36,026 bases of DNA from Stramenopiles sp. TOSAG23-2 (taxonomy: Eukaryota), in contig LT649340.1 of assembly GCA_900128395.1 (NCBI GenBank), forward strand, positions 1 through 36,026, given 5' to 3'. Below the pieces are notes generated by a model. It was not told the origin of the DNA. It searched no databases and saw only the letters and a list, made by a program, of their open reading frames with translations. This document shows positions 1 to 9,666 of this stretch, in pieces. A program made the position numbers and the translations under genes. Within the stretch, counting starts at the first letter, position 1. Each line of letters begins with the position of its first letter.

Positions 1-480
1 CTCTCTATCAAATATACATAAATTAGTATACTAAATTAGTACTTAAATTACTGCCGTTTTGAAATCCACTATAATCCTTCTCATATACAAGGTTAGCTCC
101 TATGTGCATTTGATAGGTTAATTTCAGACACGAAAAAAGCACCAAATAGTATAGCTTTATACCACACACAGTTCCGTTACGTTCGCAACGTTCAGTTCTT
201 TCTCATATATTATATTCTACCAAGTATGATGATATATGCGATATGCGATTCTACTGCCTACCGATCACATGCATTTTCTTATTTATTATTATTCTTACAT
301 GGCACCATGATGTACATATACGAGAAAAGATACACATGTAATTATAATATATATACATATTGTTTATGTGTACAACTATATATATTCCTCTGACAAACGT
401 GCCCATTATAAATCATTTCGATCTTTTAAAAAAGGACCTGTTTATTTTGTTGAAAAAAGAACTACACCCACTCAAAGAAA

Positions 481-903
481 ATGAAATTACTTCTGGCATT
501 ATTTGCATGCGTAGTAATTTGTACGGCTAATGCTGAAACCGACATTTCTGGTATTATCTCCGCCTCCTCGACGTGGACAACAATTGGAAATCCATATCGT
601 GTTACCGGCAATACAGTTGTTAATACTGGTGTTAAATTAAGTATTGATCCTGGTGTTAGAATCGAATTCACAGGATGTTTTGGATTTATCGTCAAAGGTA
701 GTGTACATGCTGTTGGATCAAGGGATAAACCTATTACTTGGAGACACAATGCTACATCGTCTAATTGCAATAATGCATTTAATTTCTTAAAATTTGATAA
801 ACCAATCAATTTTTTGGAAAGTGAACTAGCACATGTTGATATGGACGGCAAAAACAGAGATCACTCTTATTGTTTACAAACAGTCGATCTCACACAATTT
901 TGA
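481..903 (+). CDS. Short secreted protein; N-terminal cap of a right-handed beta-helix (pectin lyase-like) surface protein, apparently truncated or continuing through an unrecognised intron
   Basis: Signal peptide MKLLLALFACVVICTANA, then ISGIISASSTWTTIGNPYRVTGNTVVNTGVKLSIDPGVRIEF...VKGSVHAVGSRDKPITW, the typical start of beta-helix repeat proteins; stops after 140 aa. Confidence 0.55.
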   Translation: MKLLLALFACVVICTANAETDISGIISASSTWTTIGNPYRVTGNTVVNTGVKLSIDPGVRIEFTGCFGFIVKGSVHAVGSRDKPITWRHNATSSNCNNAFNFLKFDKPINFLESELAHVDMDGKNRDHSYCLQTVDLTQF

Positions 904-934
904 TGTTTTATTAATTAACTTCAAAATAAAAAAA

Positions 935-966
935 ACTTCGAAGTACGAGTTCGTACAAAGTTCGTA
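935..966. promoter_or_regulatory. Cluster of TTCGTA/TACGA palindromic motifs downstream of a stop codon
   Basis: ACTTCGAAGT and GTACGA-GT-TCGTAC palindromes plus a further TTCGTA, 30-60 nt after the stop at 903; same motif family recurs at 16412, 23297, 23348 and 31906. Confidence 0.4.
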
Positions 967-2111
967 GAAAAATAAAAAAGAATATATCTCACCAGCTTCA
1001 TATTTAAAAAGGGAACGTAAACCTCTAAGTTTATACTTTAGTTTACGTATCATAATTTACTTTTTAATATATACGCTTCGCTCGCAATGCTAAGCTTATA
1101 TGCTCAGGTACCCGGAGTACAGTAGACATCACGATATAGTTTTTATTACACAAAGCACAAAAACTTTTTCTTTTTAAGGATGCTATGGTGCTATACAGTA
1201 TATATTAGACCGTCCGATTTGCACAATATTACAATAGAGACTATACTAGTTAGAATAGCAAAATACTTTAAATCACATTTTTCAATGCTATTACCTTTTA
1301 ATTTCAGCCGCCAAACCGCCAAATGCATCATCATTTTTTTGTAAATTTCAAAAATAATAATAGTAGTCTAGCCAAGATAATCTGGACTACACAATATTTT
1401 AGCAAAATTCCCTATTTTTTAAGGAATTTATTCATAAATGGTAACAAATAAGTTGTTAAAATCCTTAGTATACTAAAAAACATGCCTATCACTTAAAATA
1501 ATTAAAAATAAATAAAAATAATAATATTTTTTAATTGGTAGGTATGGTTTTAAGTATACTAATATATTACAACATAAAATAATGTAAATATAGTTTATTA
1601 TTTATACTTAAGTAATTTATGTCCAAAGAATAATATAATTTTAAAATAATATAATTTGACACATAAATATCAAGTACAAAAATATCACTAAAATTGATAT
1701 ATTATTTATGAAACAGATATAAGAAAATACTTAAATGGAAAATGATGATATTTTATCGGATGATTTTCATCAAAAAAATACATAAATTTTTTGATCAAGG
1801 CAAAAAAAAATATGTACTCCTGCAAAATATTTTGGTAAAAAAAAATGGCCACCCTAGGGCTTGACGAGATAAGCACTTTTGTAGAAGGAAAAGTTCTGAA
1901 AATTTTTTTTGGCTTCACAATGTTGACACAAAAAAATGTCCAGTTTATCTTGGCTAGACTACTAATTATAAGTAAATATACAGAGAACAAAATCAAATAA
2001 AACAATATACATCGAAGAAAACAAACGCGTAAAGGACGAGTTTGTATATTATTACATTTTGGAAATGAACAAGCAGGAACGACGAAACAAAACAACAAAG
2101 CAATTCACATC

Positions 2112-5100
2112 ATGTATTACAGAAAAAGAGGAAATTCAAACCATGGAAAAAGTAACAATCCAAAACCATTTAAAGCACCACGTTTTACTGCACCACGATT
2201 ATTAAACACGGCGACTAATTCAAAACCAAAAATTGTTCCTTTGAAAACAAATAATTATAATGTAAAAAAGAATGTAACAAATAATGGTATTGTACCTTCA
2301 AAAGCGAATCCAATCACAAGTACTACGACGACGACGAATAAGACGATAACAACAACTTCTACCACGAAAAAAACAATTGCATCTACCACATCCAAACACA
2401 ACGGCAATAATGCAAATGAAAAGATTCCATCCTTATTTACATCTGCTGGTTCAGATAAAAATATACCGATAAAACAAAAAAGTTTAACAAATGCAACAAA
2501 CACGTTAAAAAATAATCTCAACAAGACCAATATCGTACAACGAAAAAATATTGTTCCATTTAAAAAGAAATTTTCTGTTCCACGTATGAAATTACCTCGT
2601 GCAAATAATGGTAGCAGTAGTAGTAGTAGCTCATCGTTTAAACCAACCACAAAAACATTAATTGTAAACAATAATAATAATAGTAACAATGAAAAACAAT
2701 ATTACACTGCTATGTATACTAAAGATACAAGAAAAAAACGTAAAGTATGGCATGATGGTATTATTATATTGAATCCAGGTAAAAAATGCTATTTACAAGA
2801 CATGACTGGAAAAGATATGCGTCGTACATCTACAGGTTTTCAACGATTTGCTGGTAGTGAAGAAATTTCAGTTGGTCCATATGATGTTGAAATTGTTTCA
2901 AAAATCAATGCAGATGAATATACAAGTGGACGAATATTTATGAGTTCAATTGGAAATAATTCGGCTAATAGTAGTGCAAATATCAATGGTAATGGCAGCA
3001 GTTCTAGCAGTAATATGATGATGTCGTCATCTGGTGTGAAAAAAACATTTAAACTTCCAGGTGGAGCATCATCAAATTTGACAAATAAAAAGAAAGTATT
3101 GAAAGATTACAAAGCATTGCATGATCCAAATGCACCTAATGCGTTGATATTAGATCAAGGGATTCCAAATAAACGTTGTCCTATTGTCGTTGCTCCGTTT
3201 TTATGCGATTGGCTTCGACCACATCAACGTGATGGTGTACAATTTTTATTTAAATGCGTTACTGGGCAAGGTAAATTTAGTGGCAATGGATGTATCTTGG
3301 CAGATGAAATGGGACTTGGTAAAACATTGCAAAGTATTACGTTAGTCTGGACATTATTAAAACAAGGACCACAAGGTGCTAGTAATCCATATTGTAAACG
3401 TGTATTAATCGTGACACCAAGCTCCTTGGTAGGTAATTGGGGTCAAGAATTTGTGAAATGGTTAAGTACAGCACGTTGCAATCCTCTCGTTATCAATAAA
3501 GCTGGGAAAGAAGCAGAAAATTTGATCAATGATTTTACATATGGGAGTTCAAAGGTACGTCCTGTATTAATCGTTAGCTATGAAATGGCTTGCAAATATA
3601 TCAGTACGATTCGTAAAGCAAAAGTTGGTTTAGTCATATGTGATGAAGCGCATCGTTTGAAAAATAGTAAAGGAAATAAAACAATTAATGCATTAAAATC
3701 AATTGGAACATCACGACGCGTATTGTTAACCGGGACACCAGTACAAAATAAACTTGAAGAGTTTTTTGCCATGGCAGATTATTGTAATCCATCAATTTTA
3801 CAAGATTTAGTTACCTTTAAACGTATATATCAAGGACCGATTGAAAATGGTCGTGATAAACGCGCAGATAGTGAAGCAAAACGTTTAGGTGTACAACGCT
3901 CTAATCAATTAGCAGAATTTACTGAAGAATTTGTATTACGTCGATCATCCGATTTGTTAAAGAAATTTTTACCACCAAAAACCAATATTACTGTGTTTTG
4001 TTCATTGTCCAAATTACAATATGAATTATATTCCCATATAACAAATTCACAAAAAGTAAGGCGATATAGCATTGGTGGAAGATCCGGCTCTATGGCAATG
4101 TCGGAAGGTCCATTAGTCATTATACAAGATTTAGTGAAATTATGCAATCATCCTGATTTATTAAAAGATCGTTTTGAACCATTACCAGAGGAAGAGGAAG
4201 ATCAACGTTATGGCAATTTCAATGATGCAAATAAATCATATTTTGTTGGAACAACGGAAATCGTTAATAAACATGAGAAAGATACGTATTTTAGTGGAAA
4301 ATTTTTTGTCTTGACAAAATTATTAGATGCATTTCGAAATGGTCCAACAAAAGATCGCGTTGTATTAGTTTCACAATTTACAAAAACGTTGGAAATTATG
4401 GCCCGGTTATGTAAGCGAAATAATTGGCCACATGTGCGACTTGATGGTTCAACAAAACAAAGTGATCGTCAAAATATTGTAAATAATTTCAATGCTCCAC
4501 ACTCTGATTCATTTGTATTTTTATTAAGTGCTCGTGCTGGTGGTGCTGGTTTGAATTTAATCGGTGCAAATCGTTTAATATTATTTGATCCTTCATGGAA
4601 TCCAGCTATCGATCAACAAGCAATGGCAAGAATATGGCGTGATGGGCAAAAAAAAGATGTTTATATATATCGTTTGTTATCAACAGGGACGGTTGAGGAA
4701 AAAATATTTCAACGTCAAATATTAAAACAAGAATTTGCAAGTGTATTGAAAAATAGCACAAATAAAGGTGGTTCCAAAGAAAAATCACGTGGACAACAAC
4801 AGCAAGCGGAAGCACAAGCAAGACATTTCAGTCCAGGTGAATTGAAACAACTTTTCTTACCGCCAGTTGATACTAAATGTCAAACATATGACTTGATACA
4901 AAATATGAATTCGCGTAACAAATTTACTTCTTCTTCTTCTAAACCGGTAAAGAATAATATCGATGGTGAAAGAAATGAAGATCTTGAAGAAAGGGAAGAA
5001 TTATTTCCAAATTATAATGGACCAGAAGATATTACAGATGAAGTATTAAAAAATGAAGTTGAAAACGATTTAGCAAATGTTGTTACATTTGTACATACGA

Positions 5101-5303
5101 AAATTAGTTCAAATGCAGATTCTGATGATACAAATAATGATGATGGTGGTGGTGGTGGTGGATCTTCTTCGTCCGTCGATGATAGTGATAAAAAAAGTGG
5201 TGGTTGTGAAGAGACGAGTGGAAAAGGAAACGGAACATCATCAAAAACGAAACGCGTATGGGTTGATGATAGTGATGATGATGATGACGACGATGAAGAT
5301 TAA
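2112..5303 (+). CDS. RAD54B: RAD54/RAD54B-family SNF2 DNA translocase with an N-terminal DUF2439-like domain
   Basis: LRPHQRDGVQFLF, GCILADEMGLGKTLQ (Walker A), DEAH, LLTGTPVQN, RLDGST, SARAGGAGLNLIGANRL, WNPAIDQQAMARIWRDGQKK; N-terminal YYTAMYTKDTRKKRKVWHDGIIIL. Confidence 0.85.
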   Translation: MYYRKRGNSNHGKSNNPKPFKAPRFTAPRLLNTATNSKPKIVPLKTNNYNVKKNVTNNGIVPSKANPITSTTTTTNKTITTTSTTKKTIASTTSKHNGNNANEKIPSLFTSAGSDKNIPIKQKSLTNATNTLKNNLNKTNIVQRKNIVPFKKKFSVPRMKLPRANNGSSSSSSSSFKPTTKTLIVNNNNNSNNEKQYYTAMYTKDTRKKRKVWHDGIIILNPGKKCYLQDMTGKDMRRTSTGFQRFAGSEEISVGPYDVEIVSKINADEYTSGRIFMSSIGNNSANSSANINGNGSSSSSNMMMSSSGVKKTFKLPGGASSNLTNKKKVLKDYKALHDPNAPNALILDQGIPNKRCPIVVAPFLCDWLRPHQRDGVQFLFKCVTGQGKFSGNGCILADEMGLGKTLQSITLVWTLLKQGPQGASNPYCKRVLIVTPSSLVGNWGQEFVKWLSTARCNPLVINKAGKEAENLINDFTYGSSKVRPVLIVSYEMACKYISTIRKAKVGLVICDEAHRLKNSKGNKTINALKSIGTSRRVLLTGTPVQNKLEEFFAMADYCNPSILQDLVTFKRIYQGPIENGRDKRADSEAKRLGVQRSNQLAEFTEEFVLRRSSDLLKKFLPPKTNITVFCSLSKLQYELYSHITNSQKVRRYSIGGRSGSMAMSEGPLVIIQDLVKLCNHPDLLKDRFEPLPEEEEDQRYGNFNDANKSYFVGTTEIVNKHEKDTYFSGKFFVLTKLLDAFRNGPTKDRVVLVSQFTKTLEIMARLCKRNNWPHVRLDGSTKQSDRQNIVNNFNAPHSDSFVFLLSARAGGAGLNLIGANRLILFDPSWNPAIDQQAMARIWRDGQKKDVYIYRLLSTGTVEEKIFQRQILKQEFASVLKNSTNKGGSKEKSRGQQQQAEAQARHFSPGELKQLFLPPVDTKCQTYDLIQNMNSRNKFTSSSSKPVKNNIDGERNEDLEEREELFPNYNGPEDITDEVLKNEVENDLANVVTFVHTKISSNADSDDTNNDDGGGGGGSSSSVDDSDKKSGGCEETSGKGNGTSSKTKRVWVDDSDDDDDDDED

Positions 5304-5701
5304 AAAGTGATAAAGGGATTGAACGGAATGACGAGTTAAAATTTTACTATGTAATTTGAGCTATGGCTAGTCCTATGACTATGCTATTTTTTACCAACAG
5401 CCTATTTTACCTGGTACATTAACATACAGTATAGCTTATCAATAGAGCTAGTCTACTTTTGGCATTATAGCATTGTTGTATGTATTTTTTACTAACTTGT
5501 GTGTGTGTGCTTGTATTAAGTACTAATAGTGAAGTTATTAAAACATTTTATTTTAAATAAAATCTAGACAAAAACACAAACCGAATACATTACTTCCATT
5601 CAATTCATTTTTTGGTGCAACAAAACCATCCACAATCTACAGCTCCACTCTACTGTTATCCTAGATCGCAGAAAAAATAAAGATTATACACATAGAAAAA
5701 T

Positions 5702-7127
5702 ATGAATATAATATTTTCATCATCAACCATGTTTATCTTCAACAACATTATAACAATTATAATAATAATAATTACCAAAGCACAATCAACTCCCACTGCT
5801 GAAAGAATCGACAACTTTCAACCATATTTCTTTGCAGAAAACAATAAAGAAAATCCTATGTTCAAATGTAATAAAATGCCTTCAACTTCATCGCCAACAG
5901 TGGGGTCTACGCTACCACCACGATGCCATCAAAAATCATATGTTGGCTCATTTTTTAATAATAATAACAATGTAATAAATATAACTTCTGAGAAACAACA
6001 AACAAAAGAATACTTAAAAGCATATCACGAAGCCTTGCAAGATGGATTCACCGTAGAACAAATAGAGCAACAAACTACACCACATATACCATTACTGGAT
6101 GAACGTAAAATCTTAAATGGTATAGATGATGCGACAGTTCATGATTTAGGTTGTGAAATTCTAACAGCTTCAATAAATACTATTTTGAAATCTTCACAAC
6201 AACAAAATGGTGAAGGCCTAACTATTTTAGACGTTGGTTGCGGATTTGGTGGTAAGTGACCCAAAAACGATATACTCTTTAATACATCACACATTTTCTC
6301 TAACACATCATTCATTCGCATCACCCAATCATACGCTACTCTCCCCAGGATTTATCAAGTGTGTTATCAAAAAATTTCCAAAATCAATTAAAAGTGTTAT
6401 TGGAATTTCGTTATCCCCATCGGAATTAACAGTAGCAAAACAAATAATAAAAGATACAAAAACTATTACAAATGAAAATAAAAAGAAAATTACCTTTAAA
6501 TTACTTGATTTAAATAAATTGGAAAATCATTTTAAACCAAACACATTCGATTTAATATTTAATAGAGAATCATTTATATATGCAAAAGATCCATATAAGT
6601 ATTTGAAAGCTGTATATAAATTATTAAAACCTAATGGAAAATTACGAATGATAGCTGGTATGTTGCGTAGAGAAAAGCTGACATATTCCGAAGGACGAAG
6701 TTTAGCTGAAGATTATGTAAATAAAAAAATGATGGGAAACGAAAATCCATGTTGTATTTTATCAATACAACAATTGCAGTCAAATTTCAATGAAATAGGA
6801 TTTAAGAATACAATGATTAATGATTTAGCTCCATATATGCGTCCAGCATTGGAAAACATTTTAGCATCTTATTTCGAAAAAAAAGCAGGAGGTACAAAGA
6901 AGCTGGAGGAACCGGAAGATGCAAAAGATCGTTTTTTCGTTAAATTAGCACGTGGGGTATTAGATGGATATGAAAGTTTATTTTTTGTAAATGGTGACAA
7001 AATTTTGGGGGATGCTGGTGGCAGTGGTGACAATATTGATAAGAAGAAGAATATGCCACGAAACAATAATAGAAATGGTCGAGTTGGAAAAAATAATCAG
7101 AAATTTTTGTTGCGAGGAGGTAGTTAG
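5702..7127 (+). CDS. Class I SAM-dependent methyltransferase, two exons (5702..6251 + 6349..7127, ~442 aa), hydrophobic N-terminus
   Basis: Removing intron 6252..6348 fuses two ORF-track ORFs in frame to give ILDVGCGFGGFIKCV (motif I), VIGISLS, FDLIFNRES and LLKPNGKL; start could be 5702 or 5729. Confidence 0.8.
6252..6348 (+). other. 97-nt GT-AG spliceosomal intron, phase 1
   Basis: Donor G|GTAAGT, CTCTAAC branch-like sequence near 6298-6304, pyrimidine-rich CTCTCCCCAG| acceptor; splicing restores the frame at the SAM-binding motif. Confidence 0.85.
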
Positions 7128-7296
7128 ACTAATAATAAAAGTAAAACACACATACTTTTTTTAATAAAATCATATTATAGCACTATACACGCCGCAACCG
7201 ATTTGAATAATCTCCAGAACATTATATATAACATCATATAAAACTTCTTCCTCTCGCTCTCTCTCTCTCTCTCCCTTTTATATGCATAAATTCTTT

Positions 7297-8184
7297 TTAC
7301 TGAAACCATGCAATGAAATCATCCAATTGATCTGTATGCCCTTTTTTTGCAGTACCTAATGGCAAAATATCTGGACGGATAATATCAAATATTAAAACTG
7401 TACGTTGTTTTTCACTTAAATTAAATGCCTTATGTAATTTACTATCATCAAAGCATAAAACTTCCCCTTCTTTATGAAATTGTTTTTCCCCTCGTACCCA
7501 CAACCCGCAAGCATTTCCTTCTGGTACTTCTAATGCCAAGTGTAAACGTAATACATGGTTAGATAAATCTGCCCACCCACGATGTGCTGCTAATACGGTC
7601 CCTGGTCCCATTCTAGATAATAAAGCAGTACGAATACCTTTTATTTTTTTAAGCATTGCGGTTGTTTTCGGGCATTGATTACAAAAATGGGGCACCCAAG
7701 TAACTTTAGACTGATCCGTTGCTGGGAAAGTATGGAGAAATGGGAATACATTCCATTCTTTACGCGCACTATACAAATTAGTTTCCGGCCAAGGGCGCCA
7801 ATCTTTTAAAGCGCGCATTTCCTCTCGTACAACATCTACATTATTAACTAACTCTGTAATTTGTGGAAAATGTATTTTCCAATCAAAATAATTTGCATGT
7901 GTTTTTGCTTCCTCATCTTCATCTGAATCATCATATGGTTCTGGTTCTAATAAATAGCCTTTGAATGTCGGTTCCTGGTTTGCTCGAGATGGTAGTTTTT
8001 GGTTATCATTATTATTTGTTGTGTTCTTATTATTATCGTCTCTATTATTATTATTATTATTATCAGTTATTGGAATATTTGTTTTTACTGCATCATTAGC
8101 AGTAACAGTTACAGACGGCATTTTTGCTTTTTCATTGCCTGTATTATTTTCACCAGTTCCATCTTCTTTTGCAAACGATGCCAT
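7297..8184 (-). CDS. Aspartyl/asparaginyl beta-hydroxylase-domain (AspH/LpxO-like) Fe(II)/2OG dioxygenase
   Basis: ALLSRMGPGTVLAAHRG, LRLHLAL, FDDSKLHKAFN and RTVLIFD match the AspH HxG...H...R pattern; likely start MASFAK at 8184, upstream ATG at 8241 also possible. Confidence 0.85.
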   Translation of the reverse strand: MASFAKEDGTGENNTGNEKAKMPSVTVTANDAVKTNIPITDNNNNNNRDDNNKNTTNNNDNQKLPSRANQEPTFKGYLLEPEPYDDSDEDEEAKTHANYFDWKIHFPQITELVNNVDVVREEMRALKDWRPWPETNLYSARKEWNVFPFLHTFPATDQSKVTWVPHFCNQCPKTTAMLKKIKGIRTALLSRMGPGTVLAAHRGWADLSNHVLRLHLALEVPEGNACGLWVRGEKQFHKEGEVLCFDDSKLHKAFNLSEKQRTVLIFDIIRPDILPLGTAKKGHTDQLDDFIAWFQ

Positions 8185-8346
8185 TATTATAATTATGATC
8201 AAGTTGTTTTTGTTTGTAAGTATTTGTTGTGATGTTTGCATTTAAATCGGATTATAAAAGTGTAAAATACTGTATGTATATATATTATACAGTACTTTAA
8301 CTTATTTTTCAAGGCACACCAGTTCATAGATCATATTTTGTTTAAG

Positions 8347-8370
8347 GGAAAGCTGGAAAGCTGGAAAGCT
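8347..8370. repeat. (GGAAAGCT)x3 tandem repeat upstream of the AspH-like gene
   Basis: Three perfect copies read directly from the sequence. Confidence 0.9.
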
Positions 8371-8779
8371 GGCCAACAGCCAAGCGTACAAGGCGTAAAT
8401 ACATAGTAAAAAATTGAACCAAAAAGTCAATTTTCATACAAATCTGATAAAAGTCTATCAAAGATCATTACCTTTTTAGACCTACAAAAGCAGAAAGAAA
8501 AACAAATAATCGATCAAATCAACCTATTTTTTTAAAGCAAAGAAAACGAGGTGCATGACTTTATCTATTTAATCTATCTTTGAAAAAATGCAGAATTCCA
8601 TGACTTTTGTACAAACAGTATGCACCAGGTCCAACATTCAATGGACTGTATGATGTACAGTATTTGGATAAATTAATATCTTTTTTGTATTGGTAAAAAA
8701 CGAAATACATAATTGATTCTCTGATGGCATTCCATCATATTGCCAGATTGCTATACTATATGAAAAACTAAAATATTGG

Positions 8780-8960
8780 TTAACAACACCATTTGCCTCT
8801 ATTATTTTATCAATTGATACTACCCAATTTAATATATCCTCTTTTATTCTTTTCTCACTAACACCACTATCATTATTAATATTCCATACTTTTAAAATTG
8901 CATCCCAAAGTCTATCTAGAGTTGATATATTGAATTGTGGATCCTTGGGACATGTTTTAG
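8780..8960 (-). mobile_element. Possible C-terminal fragment of a Tc1/mariner-like transposase
   Basis: TLDRLWDAILKVWN...RIKEDILNWVVSIDKIIEANGVV resembles the terminal helices of Tc1/IS630-type transposases (W...I...IIxAxG); no DDE core or TIRs seen. Confidence 0.3.
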
Positions 8961-8999
8961 ATTTGCTGGTAAACGAGAACTTAGCAATTTGTTTCAACC

Positions 9000-9220
9000 A
9001 TGAATTTTGCTACCATATTACAAAAAGTGATTTACAAAAACTCAATAAAACTAAATATGGGAAGTGTGATGGGCCAACAAGGTTCAAGTTGCCTAGCACC
9101 AACAAACATACAATTAGAAGCCATGTGTCATGTGTAGGATCTAGAGATGTAACATTTGCCAATAGAGCAATCATGTATCATCATTGACTTGGACATGCAA
9201 GTCCTGAACGTATATTGTAG
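9000..9220 (+). mobile_element. Degenerate Ty1/copia retrotransposon fragment (GAG-pre-integrase motif)
   Basis: Reading through the TGA at 9185-9187 gives IMYHH*LGHASPERIL*, matching the copia WHxRLGHxS motif with Arg CGA changed to TGA. Confidence 0.5.
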
Positions 9221-9666
9221 AATCATTTATTGAGTAGCTATTGCCCTATAACGCTACATTCCAAACAAAAGGGAGATTGTCACCGTTTACAAGAATTAAT
9301 AAAATGAGGTGTAATTCCAAAGTTAACAAAACAAGAACTAACTAGCTTGAAGTGGGACGGATTGGAAAACTTGCTTTAAAAATAGATACAACATTCCCGC
9401 AAAAGGCTGATTTTCGTGTTCCTAGTAGGTTTTCCAAGGTATAGTATGGACACAGCAAAGACCAGTATTAATACTGTATATTATCGTCTTCCAATATTAT
9501 TTGGCATACCATATTACATTGTACATTTAACAACGTAAACAACTTCTTCGTTTGCATATGCACTATTGTTTTAAAACCATAAACCACATATTACACACAC
9601 AATATAATACTATATATCAAAACAGCAACAACAACAACATCATCAACATCAATAATATCAAACAAC

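Noticed and set aside
1706-2098. 130-aa minus-strand ORF
   Set aside because: Low-complexity F/I/L-rich translation of AT-rich promoter DNA, with no recognisable domain
6234-6348. Frameshift or readthrough between the two methyltransferase ORFs
   Set aside because: A canonical GT-AG intron explains the frame change
8280-9480. Terminal inverted repeats/LTRs around the transposon relics
   Set aside because: Several TACAGT/ACTGTA words are present, but no extended matching pair could be found by eye
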